Source: Steroidobacteraceae bacterium (GTDB taxonomy: Bacteria > Pseudomonadota > Gammaproteobacteria > Steroidobacterales > Steroidobacteraceae). From it: a DNA stretch of 64,000 nucleotides. A model generated the notes under the pieces. That model searched no databases. It was not told the DNA's origin and worked only from the letters and a program-made list of their open reading frames with translations. Numbering within the stretch: position 1 is the first letter of the stretch; every line of letters begins with the position of its first letter. The position numbers were made by a program, and so were the translations under genes. Shown one piece after another: positions 24,520-34,295 of this stretch. The stretch is from assembly GCA_049841155.1 (NCBI GenBank), contig JASGHI010000004.1:433477-497476 (forward strand), given 5' to 3'.

Positions 24520-27009
24520 ATGTCATCGCTGAGAAAGTGCGCAGTCTCGACCGCGTCATTCATGGCGTTTGCCGCCACTGCCCCGGTACACGCCCAGACC
24601 GCAGGCAATGAGGTCACGCTCGACGAGGTGGTGGTCACCGCGCAGAAGCGCGAGGTCAATCTGCAGGCAGTGGCCCAGACAGTCACGGCCGTCAGCGGCG
24701 AGGCGCTGGTGCGGCAGGGTGTCAAGGACATCACCGACCTCGCGCGCGTCGCGCCGGAAGTCAATGTGATCGCCGGCAGCATGAACAACATCACCATCCG
24801 CGGCATCCGCACCAATTCGTTCGGCCCGACGCTGGACAACGCCAATGCGGTGTACGTGGACGGCAACTACAACGCCCGTTTCACGTCGCTGAACGGCCTG
24901 TTCTTCGACGTGCAGCGCATCGAGGTGCTGGACGGTCCGCAGGGCACCCTGTATGGCCGCAACAGCGCCGGTGGCGCGATCAACGTCATCACCAACCGCC
25001 CCGGCAGCGAATTCGGCGGCACCGGCACCGTGGAGATCGGCAACTACAACGCCGTGATGCTGACCGGCGCGGTGAACCTGCCGCTCACCGACACGCTGTC
25101 GAGCCGCTTCTCGTACTACCGGACCAAGCGCTCGGGTTTCTACACCGACACCGGCCTGAACGATCAGAACATCGAGTCCTGGCGCGCACAGCTGCAGTGG
25201 AAGCCGGGCGAGAACGACACGCTCCTCATCAGCGCCTATGCCAGCACGCTGGGCGGCAAGGGCAGTGGCGCCACGACGCTCAAGGAAGTGCTGAAGAACC
25301 CCACCATCCTGACCAACACGACCACCGGCAACATCGTCGCCTACAATGGGGCCTGCCCGGCTGGCGCCACATGCACGTCGGCCGTGGTGCCGATCCGTGC
25401 CTCGGACGACCCGTGGCACAACGCCACGCTGTACGGCAACGCGGACCTGACCTTTGCCGGCGTCAAGAGCGATGCCTTCGCGCTGCAGTACGATCATGTT
25501 TTCCAGGAGTTCGCGACGCTGACCTTCCAGGCCTCGCGCATGACCAACAAGGCCGACAACGGCGGCGGCACGGCCAATGGCCTGCAGCAGGATCGGCGGC
25601 TGACCGCGGCGCAGCTGCTCTTCAACACGGCTTATGGCTCGCCGGCGGCCGTCGACGATACCTGGGACAGCCAGGAGCTGCGCCTGACCTCGATCGCCAC
25701 ACGCCCGCTGCAATGGGTGGTGGGTCTGTACCGCTTCCACGAGAAGGGCGGTGGTTCGAATGCGACCTATGCGCGCTCGGTGGTCACCGATGTCAACTCG
25801 CCGAACCTGGGCTCGTTCATCTTCCCTGCCACGCGCAGCATCGCGCAGGACATCCCGAACATCCTGAACGAGACCACCGCGCTGGCGGCGTTCGGCCAGG
25901 CCACGTGGACGCCGGCGGCACTGGATCGCCTGCACCTGACGGCGGGTCTGCGCTACAACAAGGATGACAAGCACGGCGTGCTGTACATCTATCCGCAGAA
26001 CGGCCCCATCTCGGTCGGCGCCTTCGGGCCGACGGGTCTGTTCGACCAGTCCAAGAGCTGGACCTCGACCACTTACAAAGCCAACATCTCGTGGGATCTG
26101 ACCGAACAGAACATGATCTACATCGACCGCGCCACCGGCTTCCAGTCGGGCGGCTACGGTTACGGTGCATCGCCGGCGTACGAGCCGACGAAGATCTCAG
26201 CCTGGGAAATCGGCTCGAAGAACCGCTTCTTTGACAACCGGCTGCAGGTGAACTTCTCGGCGTGGGACTACAAGTACACCGGGCAGACGCAGAACATCAA
26301 CGACGTGTTCCTGGTCAACTTCGCCGGTCTGCCCTGCCCGGGCAGCCCGGGCTGCATACCCTTCAACTTCATCACCGTGGCCAACGCCGGCAGCACGAAG
26401 GTCAGGGGCCAGAGCCTGGACATCCAGGTCCAGCCGACGGCGAACGACCATCTGTCGTTGAACGTGCAGCACATCGACGGCAAGTTCGAGGACTATGACC
26501 TGACGGCGCGCTATACGGCGAATGCCATCAGGTTCGGCACCACGTTCGCCGCGCTGAACCCGGGCTACTCACCGACCGGTGACCAGAGCGGTCCGAGCTT
26601 CAACTTCAACGGCACGCAGGTCGGTGCGACTCCGAAGATCGGCATCCGCGCCGGTTACGATCACACCTTCCGCGGGGGAGACTTCGAGTACACGCCGGCC
26701 CTGTACTACGTCTACAACGGCAAGCAGCGCAACGGCAACGGCGTGGCGCCGAACATGCCGCCGGGCGAGGACTTCTGGACCCTTCCGGCCTGGAGCACGA
26801 TCGATCTGTCGTTCGCGATTGCGCGCGCCGACGGCAGGTACAGCCTGACGTTCTGGGGCCGCAACCTCGCGAACAAGCTGACCGTCACAGGTCGCGGCTA
26901 CTCGGCCAACAGCGCCGCGCTGTCGCCAGCCGCCGCGCTGTATGCCTACACGACGGAGAGCTACGGTCCGCCGCGGACCTACGGTTTGACGGTGAACGCG
27001 AACTTCTGA
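24520..27009 (+). CDS. TonB-dependent outer-membrane receptor
   Basis: 829 aa with a signal peptide, a TonB-box/plug region (DEVVVTAQKR...), a beta-barrel with a repetitive Y/G/N pattern and a terminal aromatic residue (...VNANF). Confidence 0.9.
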   Translation: MSSLRKCAVSTASFMAFAATAPVHAQTAGNEVTLDEVVVTAQKREVNLQAVAQTVTAVSGEALVRQGVKDITDLARVAPEVNVIAGSMNNITIRGIRTNSFGPTLDNANAVYVDGNYNARFTSLNGLFFDVQRIEVLDGPQGTLYGRNSAGGAINVITNRPGSEFGGTGTVEIGNYNAVMLTGAVNLPLTDTLSSRFSYYRTKRSGFYTDTGLNDQNIESWRAQLQWKPGENDTLLISAYASTLGGKGSGATTLKEVLKNPTILTNTTTGNIVAYNGACPAGATCTSAVVPIRASDDPWHNATLYGNADLTFAGVKSDAFALQYDHVFQEFATLTFQASRMTNKADNGGGTANGLQQDRRLTAAQLLFNTAYGSPAAVDDTWDSQELRLTSIATRPLQWVVGLYRFHEKGGGSNATYARSVVTDVNSPNLGSFIFPATRSIAQDIPNILNETTALAAFGQATWTPAALDRLHLTAGLRYNKDDKHGVLYIYPQNGPISVGAFGPTGLFDQSKSWTSTTYKANISWDLTEQNMIYIDRATGFQSGGYGYGASPAYEPTKISAWEIGSKNRFFDNRLQVNFSAWDYKYTGQTQNINDVFLVNFAGLPCPGSPGCIPFNFITVANAGSTKVRGQSLDIQVQPTANDHLSLNVQHIDGKFEDYDLTARYTANAIRFGTTFAALNPGYSPTGDQSGPSFNFNGTQVGATPKIGIRAGYDHTFRGGDFEYTPALYYVYNGKQRNGNGVAPNMPPGEDFWTLPAWSTIDLSFAIARADGRYSLTFWGRNLANKLTVTGRGYSANSAALSPAAALYAYTTESYGPPRTYGLTVNANF

Positions 27010-27090
27010 CGCGGAGCTGACACGCCTGACGCGCCCATCGCTGCTGGCCTCAAGCCAGTGGCGATGGGCATTTCTGCATGCGTTGTCGGG

Positions 27091-27714
27091 CTAGTCCCTG
27101 GCTGACTGGCTCTTGACGGGCTGGGCTGCGGCGTAACGCTTGACGATGTCGATCATCTGATTGATCAGGCTGTCACGCTCGGCCTCGCCGAGTCCGTCCG
27201 TGATCCACAGAACCGTCATCGTGGCCGCCAGTATCCGCGTCAGGCCGAGCAGGTCGGCGTCGCCGACACCACAGCCGGTCAGGATTTTCGCCATGGTCTT
27301 GTGCCGATACCGATACAGGTCTCTCAGCATGGCGCTGACATACTTGTCGCGGCGGGCCCACAGCCGCAGCGCAAGTTCGATCCGTGAGCCTTCGTTGGTG
27401 TCGTTCGCTGTTTGCGGCGCCCGCATCAACGTGCGCAGCTGTTCGAAGGCGTCCTCGGGATGCTGCTCTATTGCCAGCTCTATGATGTGGTTCGAGTACA
27501 CGCGCCACTCGGCCAGCATGGCGTCGAGCAGCGCCTTGCGGTCCTTGAAGTGCCAGTAGAAGCTGCCCTTGGTAACTTTCAGGTCACGCGCCAGCCGCTC
27601 GATGCGCACATTGGCCATGCCATAGCGTGCCAGCGTGACCAGTCCGGCGCGGACCCAGTCGTCTGCTCCGAGCCGGGGCGCACGCGAGACCGCTTTCTTT
27701 TTGCTTTCCGCCAT
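27091..27714 (-). CDS. TetR/AcrR-family transcriptional regulator
   Basis: 207 aa with an N-terminal HTH (VRIERLARDLKVTKGSFYWHFKDRKALL). Confidence 0.85.
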   Translation of the reverse strand: MAESKKKAVSRAPRLGADDWVRAGLVTLARYGMANVRIERLARDLKVTKGSFYWHFKDRKALLDAMLAEWRVYSNHIIELAIEQHPEDAFEQLRTLMRAPQTANDTNEGSRIELALRLWARRDKYVSAMLRDLYRYRHKTMAKILTGCGVGDADLLGLTRILAATMTVLWITDGLGEAERDSLINQMIDIVKRYAAAQPVKSQSARD

Positions 27715-27815
27715 CCGGGGAGTTTAACATTCCGGTTTGCACCGGTCCCAGGCGGCCTGCAGCCCGGACAACCCGCCGGCTATGGCACGCCGCGCTGCGC
27801 GCGCCGGAGGGCGGC

Positions 27816-28940
27816 TCAGGCCAGTGCGGCGCGGCAGTAATCGAGGCAGCGCCGCACTTCGGTGACGGCGTCGGAAGTGGTGCGGCAGCCGTAGTCGTAC
27901 TCGATCTGCACCGGGATGTCCCACTTTTCCTTCTTCAGCAGCTGCAGCACCTCGCTCAGCGGCGCATCGCCCTGGCCCCAGGGCCAGTTGTTGAGCAGAT
28001 TGTTGGTGACATCGCCACCCAGCGACTTGCTGCGCTTGCGGTCCTTCAGATGGATGTCGGTGATGCGCGCATGATGCTTCTGGATGAAGGCCACCGAATC
28101 GTAACCGGCGGCCGTGAAGTAGCCGACATCCAGGCAGATGCCCAGATACGGACTCAGCGCCAGCAGCTTTTCATAGGCCTCGGGCGTCGCGAACTGGTCG
28201 GGATTGTGGATGTTGTCCTGGGTGTGGCCGGCCCACACCATCTTGTGCCGGTCTGCCGCCGCGGCTATGCGCGGTGCGATATTCAGCATCGAGCTGCCGG
28301 ACATCGTCTTCACGCCCAGGCCCCGGGCCATCGTGAAGGCATACTCGATGGTCTCGTCGGTGGGCGGATTGCCGCCGAAGCCCAGCCCGTACCACAGCAC
28401 GCGCAGGTCGATGCCGGCGTCGGTGAACTTCTTGCGCACGGCCCGCCAGGTGGCCGGTGTGGTGGCATTGCGCCAGTCCTGCAAGCGCCGGGCCTGCGCC
28501 TGCTGCGCGGCCTGCTGTTCCGGCGTTGATGGCGGACCGGCGACGCGGTTGCCCTCGCCGCCGGTGGTGCTGAAGGGCAGCACCATTTGCATGTCGGCGC
28601 AGCGTGGCAGCAATCCGTGGGCATTGAGCTGCGGCGGCTCGGCCGCCGGAGTGCCGCCGCCACCGGCACCCGCGGGTGCACCGGCCAGCGCTTCGGCGTG
28701 GCCGGACGTCAGCGCGACCTCGCTGAGCCCCACCTTCAGCAGTGAAGGAATCAGCTGGTCGACCGGCAGGGTGCCGAAACTGCCGCTGATGGCGCCGATC
28801 TGCACGCCGCCGAAACGCGAATCGGGACGGCCCGGGGCGGCACCCTGGGCGAACAGCACCCGGGCGGAGAAACCTGCCGCCACCGGCAGCGTGGCCAGTG
28901 CGAGCGTGCCGAACTCGCGCCGGTTGAATTGACTCGACAT
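27816..28940 (-). CDS. Tat-exported sugar-phosphate isomerase/epimerase-like (xylose isomerase-like TIM barrel) protein
   Basis: 374 aa with a twin-arginine signal (NRREFGTLALA). C-terminal ...ITDIHLKD...IEYDY blocks are typical of the AP-endonuclease-2/xylose-isomerase-like fold. Contains a long low-complexity Ala/Gly/Pro/Gln insert. Confidence 0.65.
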   Translation of the reverse strand: MSSQFNRREFGTLALATLPVAAGFSARVLFAQGAAPGRPDSRFGGVQIGAISGSFGTLPVDQLIPSLLKVGLSEVALTSGHAEALAGAPAGAGGGGTPAAEPPQLNAHGLLPRCADMQMVLPFSTTGGEGNRVAGPPSTPEQQAAQQAQARRLQDWRNATTPATWRAVRKKFTDAGIDLRVLWYGLGFGGNPPTDETIEYAFTMARGLGVKTMSGSSMLNIAPRIAAAADRHKMVWAGHTQDNIHNPDQFATPEAYEKLLALSPYLGICLDVGYFTAAGYDSVAFIQKHHARITDIHLKDRKRSKSLGGDVTNNLLNNWPWGQGDAPLSEVLQLLKKEKWDIPVQIEYDYGCRTTSDAVTEVRRCLDYCRAALA

Positions 28941-28989
28941 GCGGATCTCCTTCGGGTGCGTGTGCCGGGAGCGGGTGTCACTGCCTGTC

Positions 28990-29802
28990 CTATCTAGGCC
29001 GTGTGGGCGCGTAGCCGAGGTGCATGCCGGCGTCGATGATCATGAACTCGCCGGTGACGTGGCGGCTTTCGGGGCCCGCAAAGAACAGGATCGCTTCGGC
29101 GATGTCTTCGGGCATCGATGCCACTTGCAATGGCACGGATCTGGCGACGGCTTCGGCGGTCTGCGATTCGGCTGTGTCACCTTGATATTTCGCGAACCAG
29201 CCCGAGCCGATATAGCCGGGGCAGACGACATTGACGCGAATGTCGGGCGCGAGGGCACGGGCGAGCGACAGCGTCATCGTGTTGAGCGCCCCCTTGGTGG
29301 AGGCGTATGCGATGGACGAGCCCATGCCGGTCACGCCCGCGATCGAGGATACATTGACCACGGAGGCCTTGCCCGCCGCAACAAGATGCGGCTGGGCGGC
29401 GCGGATCATCTGGTAGACGGCGACGACGTTGACTTTGTAGAGGCGCAGGAAGTCTTCGGCGTCGAGCGCGTCGAGGTCGGAATGCCTGGCGAACTTGGTT
29501 ATGCCTGCATTGTTGATCAGGATGTCGAGGCCTCCGAACCTTTCGACGGCTGCGCCGACGAGTGCGCGGCAGTCGGGATCTTCTGCGACGTTGGCCCTCA
29601 CGGCAAAGGCTTCGACGCCGAGCCTCTGGCATTGGGCGACGACTTCATTGGCGGCTTCGGCGCTGGAATTGTAGTTGATGCAGACGTTGACGCCGCGACG
29701 GGCCAGGCCGACCGCAGTTGCCGCGCCGAGGCCGGTGCCCCCGCCCGTGACGATGGCGCGCTTGCCTTTCATGCTGTTGATATCCGTCATTGCCGGTTCC
29801 AT
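28990..29802 (-). CDS. Short-chain dehydrogenase/reductase (SDR)
   Basis: 270 aa with TGGGTGLGAA cofactor motif, NNAG, and the S...Y.ASK catalytic triad region. Confidence 0.88.
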   Translation of the reverse strand: MEPAMTDINSMKGKRAIVTGGGTGLGAATAVGLARRGVNVCINYNSSAEAANEVVAQCQRLGVEAFAVRANVAEDPDCRALVGAAVERFGGLDILINNAGITKFARHSDLDALDAEDFLRLYKVNVVAVYQMIRAAQPHLVAAGKASVVNVSSIAGVTGMGSSIAYASTKGALNTMTLSLARALAPDIRVNVVCPGYIGSGWFAKYQGDTAESQTAEAVARSVPLQVASMPEDIAEAILFFAGPESRHVTGEFMIIDAGMHLGYAPTRPR

Positions 29803-29898
29803 ACTTTAACGTATCGTTGGTGCAGGTGCAGCAGGAAAGTCCGTGGGAAGTTCTTGCTCCAAGTATGATCACACGCGCAGTTCTGCAACCGGAGGCTG

Positions 29899-30852
29899 GT
29901 GATGAGCAAAGCCGTACAAGTTTCCCCCGCCGCTGGGGCGCTCCGGACGATCCTTCTGGCAGCCTCCGCGGCCGGCTTGCTGGCCGCAGCGGCCTGCAGT
30001 TCCTCTACTGACCAGCCGTCCGCAGCTGTCAAAGCTGCCGACTATGTGCCGGGCAAGGCGTTCGAGACCGGTGTGGTCGAGGCCGGCGGCTACACGCTTC
30101 GCTACAGCGTCGCGGGTCCCTCAGGGGCGCCGGTGATCGTCAGTCTGCCGGGTTCCGCCGGGCTGGAGATGTCGCGGGCAAAGGATCAGCTCGTGGACCA
30201 GTTCCGCATCATCGAGATCAATCCGCCGGGGTGGGGGGACGATCCTGAACTTTCTGCAGAGATGACCCAGGAGGAGATCGGCAGGATTCTGGGCGAGGCT
30301 GCCAACAAGCTGGTGGAGGGCCGCTACCATCTGATCGGCACCTCGATGGGGGGCGGCAACGCCCTGTGGCTGGCCGCCCATTATCCGGACCGGGTCAAAT
30401 CGATCCTGCTCGAGGGTGGCATGGCGCCTACGCGTGAATCAGACCTGACATCACCGCTCATCACTACGGCATTCGTGCGGCAACAGCGTGCCGCTCCCTC
30501 GCAGCCCAACGGCGGCTACCCGACGCCGCCCATGGATCCGGCCAAGCCCTGGGCCACGGGCGAGTACAACATGAAGCAGATGCAGAACCGCTTCAAGATG
30601 ATGAGCTGGGTCCAGTGCGACATTGGTGACGATGCGCTGTTCGCGAAGATCCGGGCCAGCGGCATTCCAGTCTATGGACTGCTCGGCGACAAGGACGGCA
30701 TCATCAAGCCGACGGTGCAGGAATACTATGCACAGGTGCTGCCTGAGTCGAAGTTCATGCTGGTGCCGGGAGGCGGGCATGACCTGCAGAACACGCAGAC
30801 GGACGTCTTCGTCAGGGAAGCCCGTCAGTTCTTTCGAACAGCCGGGCCCTGA
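29899..30852 (+). CDS. Alpha/beta-hydrolase, probable lipoprotein
   Basis: 317 aa. Signal with ...LLAAAAC (lipobox-like), nucleophile elbow GTSMGG and C-terminal PGGGHD (catalytic His region). Confidence 0.7.
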   Translation: MMSKAVQVSPAAGALRTILLAASAAGLLAAAACSSSTDQPSAAVKAADYVPGKAFETGVVEAGGYTLRYSVAGPSGAPVIVSLPGSAGLEMSRAKDQLVDQFRIIEINPPGWGDDPELSAEMTQEEIGRILGEAANKLVEGRYHLIGTSMGGGNALWLAAHYPDRVKSILLEGGMAPTRESDLTSPLITTAFVRQQRAAPSQPNGGYPTPPMDPAKPWATGEYNMKQMQNRFKMMSWVQCDIGDDALFAKIRASGIPVYGLLGDKDGIIKPTVQEYYAQVLPESKFMLVPGGGHDLQNTQTDVFVREARQFFRTAGP

Positions 30853-30882
30853 GTTCTCCGACCTGAAAAACCGGCAGCCCGT

Positions 30883-32952
30883 CTATTTGATCAGCTTCAC
30901 CGCCACGGAAGTGCCCGTTACATAGCCGATCGCGGCGCCCTTCATCAGCCCCTTGTAGTTGGCAATGATCCCCGGGCCGGCGGCATCCTTGACGGCCTGC
31001 ACTGTGCCGCTGGTGTATTCACCGGCGTGCTGGAAGCCGCTGAGGATGTAGGTCCATCCATTCAGATCATCCACGCCCTGCAGGCCGGTGCATTCTGCTC
31101 CGGCGGGTGCCGAAAGCACGCGCAACAGGCGTCCCGTATCCAGCTCATAGGCCCACACGAAGTTGCTGACGTGGTTGCCGCTGTCCTCGCCGATGAAAAG
31201 CGTGCGCAGCTTTTCGGAATACTTGAGATTGTCGGGGCAGGAGATGCCATCCACGTCATTGGTGTTGCCCACGGCATCGGCAGCAACCTGCATGCCGTTG
31301 ATCAGCATGCTGGTCTGGTAGGGAACCCAGTCGCTGGCGATGAGATTGCCGTCCGTGTCGGTCTGGTTTGCGCCCAGCGCGTGCATGAGGACCATGCCGG
31401 CGCTGTTCGCGGCGAAGCCGACCAGGCTGTTGACCAGTGCCCCGCCACCGAGCGGCACTTCCTTGTTGTGCGCATTGCCGGGCGTCAGTGAGCCGGAGAT
31501 GGCGGAAATCGCCGAATAGGCCATCTTGTCCTGCTTGTTGACCGTCGTGCCTTCCATCTTCGTGAACACCATGCTGGCGCCCTTGAGGGCCGCATAGCGA
31601 TGCGTTTCGAGGAAGGCGGCGGCCTTCTCCTGCCCGGGCACCAGCCTCACCCACATGCTCTTGCCGGCGTTCTTGATTTCCGTGTAGCTCGGATCGCCGG
31701 GGTTTGTCGTGGTGGAATAGAAGATGCCGTTGTTCTTGATGCTGCCGGCCGCCGTGACGGTTGTAAGAGCGCTGTCATTGGCAAGCGTCTCGATCTCGCT
31801 GCTGCTCGCATGGCCGAGCTTGATCCACTTGATGTCGCCCGGCGTCGTTTCGTTGAGTGGGCTCACGTACTTGGCAGCGTACAGCGTGCCGGATGACAGG
31901 TTGCCGGCGCTGTCGGCCACGAACATGAACAGGGCGCCATTGTTGGTGTCGTCACCGCCCAGCACCGTCTTGTTGTCGGGGAATACCTGCACCAGTTCGC
32001 GCGAGTAGCGGCCCAGGTTGTAGTACTTCCTGATCGTGCCCGTGCCGTTGGCGGCGTTGACGGTCACTTCCGGCAGGTGGCCGTAGTGATAGGGCGATGC
32101 CGTTGCGGGATTGAGGCCCGCATTGGCAATGAAGGTGCGGTACAGCTCCAGCGTCTGGTTGTCGCCCTGGTCGAAGGCGTCGGGCATGTATTCCTCGGAG
32201 GACAGGTGCGTACCCCAGGGCGACAGGCTGCCGCCGCAGGGAATCCACAGGCCATGGATGCCGGAGGTATCCACGTTGTGGTAACTCACCAGCGTCAGGT
32301 GGCCGGTGTCCGGATTCTGTTTCAGCGTCAGCACCGCGATGGGCGAGGGGTAAGCCCCATAGGCGGCGGACTGGTATTCGAACTGGACTACCGCATGCAC
32401 GGTGTTTGCCGGGGAACCCGGCACCTTGAACAGCGAGCTGCCGTCCACGCAGTCGGAGTAGACCTGTGCGCCCGCGACTTCAATGGGCGTGCCATCCGGC
32501 CTGAAGTAACCACCCGCAACAATGGTTCCGCCACCGGCCTTGGGCACGGAGTCGCCGGTGACGAAGAATTCCGTGTAGCCCAGTTTGACCTGCCGGGTGC
32601 TGCCATCGGCGAATTCCAGCTCCAGCATGGCGCCGTCGCTGCTGGATTTTCCCAGCGCTGCAGCCGCCGCCACTGATGGAGCCGCCATGCCTACGAAGCG
32701 GGCGGATTTGATGGACTGCGGAGCGTCGCTACCATTGGTGCCGTTGGCACCGTTGCTGCCATTCGCGCCGTTGGTGCCATTGGTGCCGTCCTTTCCGTCC
32801 TCGCCACAGCCCGTCAGCAGCGTTGCCAGGCTGGCGCCTGCCATCGGCAGCAGCGGGGCGCCACCGAACAGCTGCAGCAGCGCGCGACGGGTGCGCAACT
32901 CCGGCCTGGGGAAATTCGCGGCGGCGTCTTCAGGGAACGGCTCGTTTTGCAT
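30883..32952 (-). CDS. PhoX/DUF839-like exported protein (possible phosphatase), Tat signal plus lipobox, with an N-terminal GxN collagen-like repeat
   Basis: 689 aa. TRRALLQ twin-arginine motif, LLTGC lipobox and (G-x-N) triplets. C-terminal CPDNL...FIGEDSG...GFQHAGE blocks resemble PhoX-family proteins. Confidence 0.5.
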   Translation of the reverse strand: MQNEPFPEDAAANFPRPELRTRRALLQLFGGAPLLPMAGASLATLLTGCGEDGKDGTNGTNGANGSNGANGTNGSDAPQSIKSARFVGMAAPSVAAAAALGKSSSDGAMLELEFADGSTRQVKLGYTEFFVTGDSVPKAGGGTIVAGGYFRPDGTPIEVAGAQVYSDCVDGSSLFKVPGSPANTVHAVVQFEYQSAAYGAYPSPIAVLTLKQNPDTGHLTLVSYHNVDTSGIHGLWIPCGGSLSPWGTHLSSEEYMPDAFDQGDNQTLELYRTFIANAGLNPATASPYHYGHLPEVTVNAANGTGTIRKYYNLGRYSRELVQVFPDNKTVLGGDDTNNGALFMFVADSAGNLSSGTLYAAKYVSPLNETTPGDIKWIKLGHASSSEIETLANDSALTTVTAAGSIKNNGIFYSTTTNPGDPSYTEIKNAGKSMWVRLVPGQEKAAAFLETHRYAALKGASMVFTKMEGTTVNKQDKMAYSAISAISGSLTPGNAHNKEVPLGGGALVNSLVGFAANSAGMVLMHALGANQTDTDGNLIASDWVPYQTSMLINGMQVAADAVGNTNDVDGISCPDNLKYSEKLRTLFIGEDSGNHVSNFVWAYELDTGRLLRVLSAPAGAECTGLQGVDDLNGWTYILSGFQHAGEYTSGTVQAVKDAAGPGIIANYKGLMKGAAIGYVTGTSVAVKLIK
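32728..32805 (-). repeat. In-frame tandem triplet-codon repeat encoding GEDGKDGTNGTNGANGSNGANGTNGS
   Basis: Degenerate 9-nt repeats (e.g. accattggtgcc / gccgttggcacc / gccattcgcgcc / gccgttggtgcc on the + strand) lie directly after the lipobox Cys codon. Confidence 0.7.
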
Positions 32953-33088
32953 GGCCTTCGGCTCGCAGGGTTGTCTTGGAGGAGGCCATGAAGGCTAGGC
33001 ATTCCATGTGACGGAGCGGTTGCGCGAAGATAGCAGTGAGGTTGCAACGTCGGTTTGTGCTGCCTGGCGCTTCTGCGCGCCAGCCCTC

Positions 33089-34207
33089 TTAAGGATGGCT
33101 TTCGCTGGCCAGCCGCCGATCGAAAAATCGCCAGATCAGCGCATAAGCCTCCTGCGATTCGGGAAGCTCAGGCCGCATGAAGAAGGCATGACCCAGCCCG
33201 TCGAACAATACCAGTTCGCTTGCGACGCCTGCGGTCAGCAATTTGCGATGCATGAGAGTGAGCGCACTGGCTGCGAAGTCACGGCTGCCGGCGAGCAGCA
33301 ACGTCGGCGGGAATCTGGCCAGGAGCGGCAGTGAGTTGATGGGATAACCCAGCGGATCGGTGGCAGCGACACCGCTCATGTATGCGTTCGCCAGCGTATC
33401 CTGGACCCGGGGCAGGGTGGCGCGGCCACTCAGCGGGCCGGAGAGCACGGCGCTGTCTCCCCCGTACGGCGCCCCGGTCGCGCAAAAGGTGCCGATGGCA
33501 CCGGGCATGGGCAAGCCTCTGGCGTCGAACCATGCGATGGCCTGGGCGGTGATGATGCCGCCGGCCGAGCAGCCATAGATGCCGATACTGGCCGCGGAAT
33601 AGGTTTTCAGCAGCGCCGCATACACGGCGGCGACGTCTTCGGAGGCTGCCGGAAAGCGGTGCTCCGGCGCGAGCCGGTAGTCCACGGTGATCACTTCGAT
33701 GCCGCCGGCCGCCGCGATGGGAATGGCTTCCACCAGTGCGCCACTGCCCGAGCCCCACATGAACGCACCGCCGTGCACGTTGATGAGGACGCGGCGACGG
33801 TTGGCTGGATGAATGCCGGAAGCAGGCACCACGCGATGGACGATCACGCCCCCCATTCGCTCCTGCCGGATCTGCACGGGGTATCGCTGGCGCATCTGCG
33901 CCAGCTGCTGGTCGTTGAACCGGCCGTAGAATGTCCGGGCGGCCGCGATGTCCTGGCCGAAGGCGGGATCCGGGTTGTCCAGCGCGCGCTGCTGCACGGC
34001 GCGGGCTTCGGGGCTCGTGTAGCTCGACGGCGGCAACTCGAACGCCGGTACCGGCAGGGCGCCCGGCTCGGCTGCCGAGGCCCACATGCTTCCGCCCATA
34101 ACCCATTGAAAATAGAAAACAAAAAACACCGCGATCCGGATGGCGCGGGGTTTGCGGGCTCTCTCCAGCATGCCGGCACGGTGACGCGGCCCCGGCGTCA
34201 GCGTCAA
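33089..34207 (-). CDS. Secreted alpha/beta-hydrolase, hormone-sensitive-lipase (HSL) type esterase
   Basis: HGGAF oxyanion motif (VHGGAFMWGSG), nucleophile GCSAGG and a distal DGLGHAF. Hydrophobic N-terminal signal. The true start may be the internal MLERARK. Confidence 0.75.
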   Translation of the reverse strand: MTLTPGPRHRAGMLERARKPRAIRIAVFFVFYFQWVMGGSMWASAAEPGALPVPAFELPPSSYTSPEARAVQQRALDNPDPAFGQDIAAARTFYGRFNDQQLAQMRQRYPVQIRQERMGGVIVHRVVPASGIHPANRRRVLINVHGGAFMWGSGSGALVEAIPIAAAGGIEVITVDYRLAPEHRFPAASEDVAAVYAALLKTYSAASIGIYGCSAGGIITAQAIAWFDARGLPMPGAIGTFCATGAPYGGDSAVLSGPLSGRATLPRVQDTLANAYMSGVAATDPLGYPINSLPLLARFPPTLLLAGSRDFAASALTLMHRKLLTAGVASELVLFDGLGHAFFMRPELPESQEAYALIWRFFDRRLASESHP

Positions 34208-34295
34208 CTGGATTATTTCTTCTGCCGAGGTTTCCTTTTGGTCCCGCCGGACGCTCTAATGATTCGGTGTCCCTGCACATTGCCGTGCGGGGGCG

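Noticed and set aside
32700-32830. Short tandem repeats considered as a CRISPR or VNTR intergenic array
   Set aside because: The repeats are 9-nt, degenerate, in frame and inside a long ORF (G-x-N triplets). They have no spacer-repeat architecture and no cas genes.
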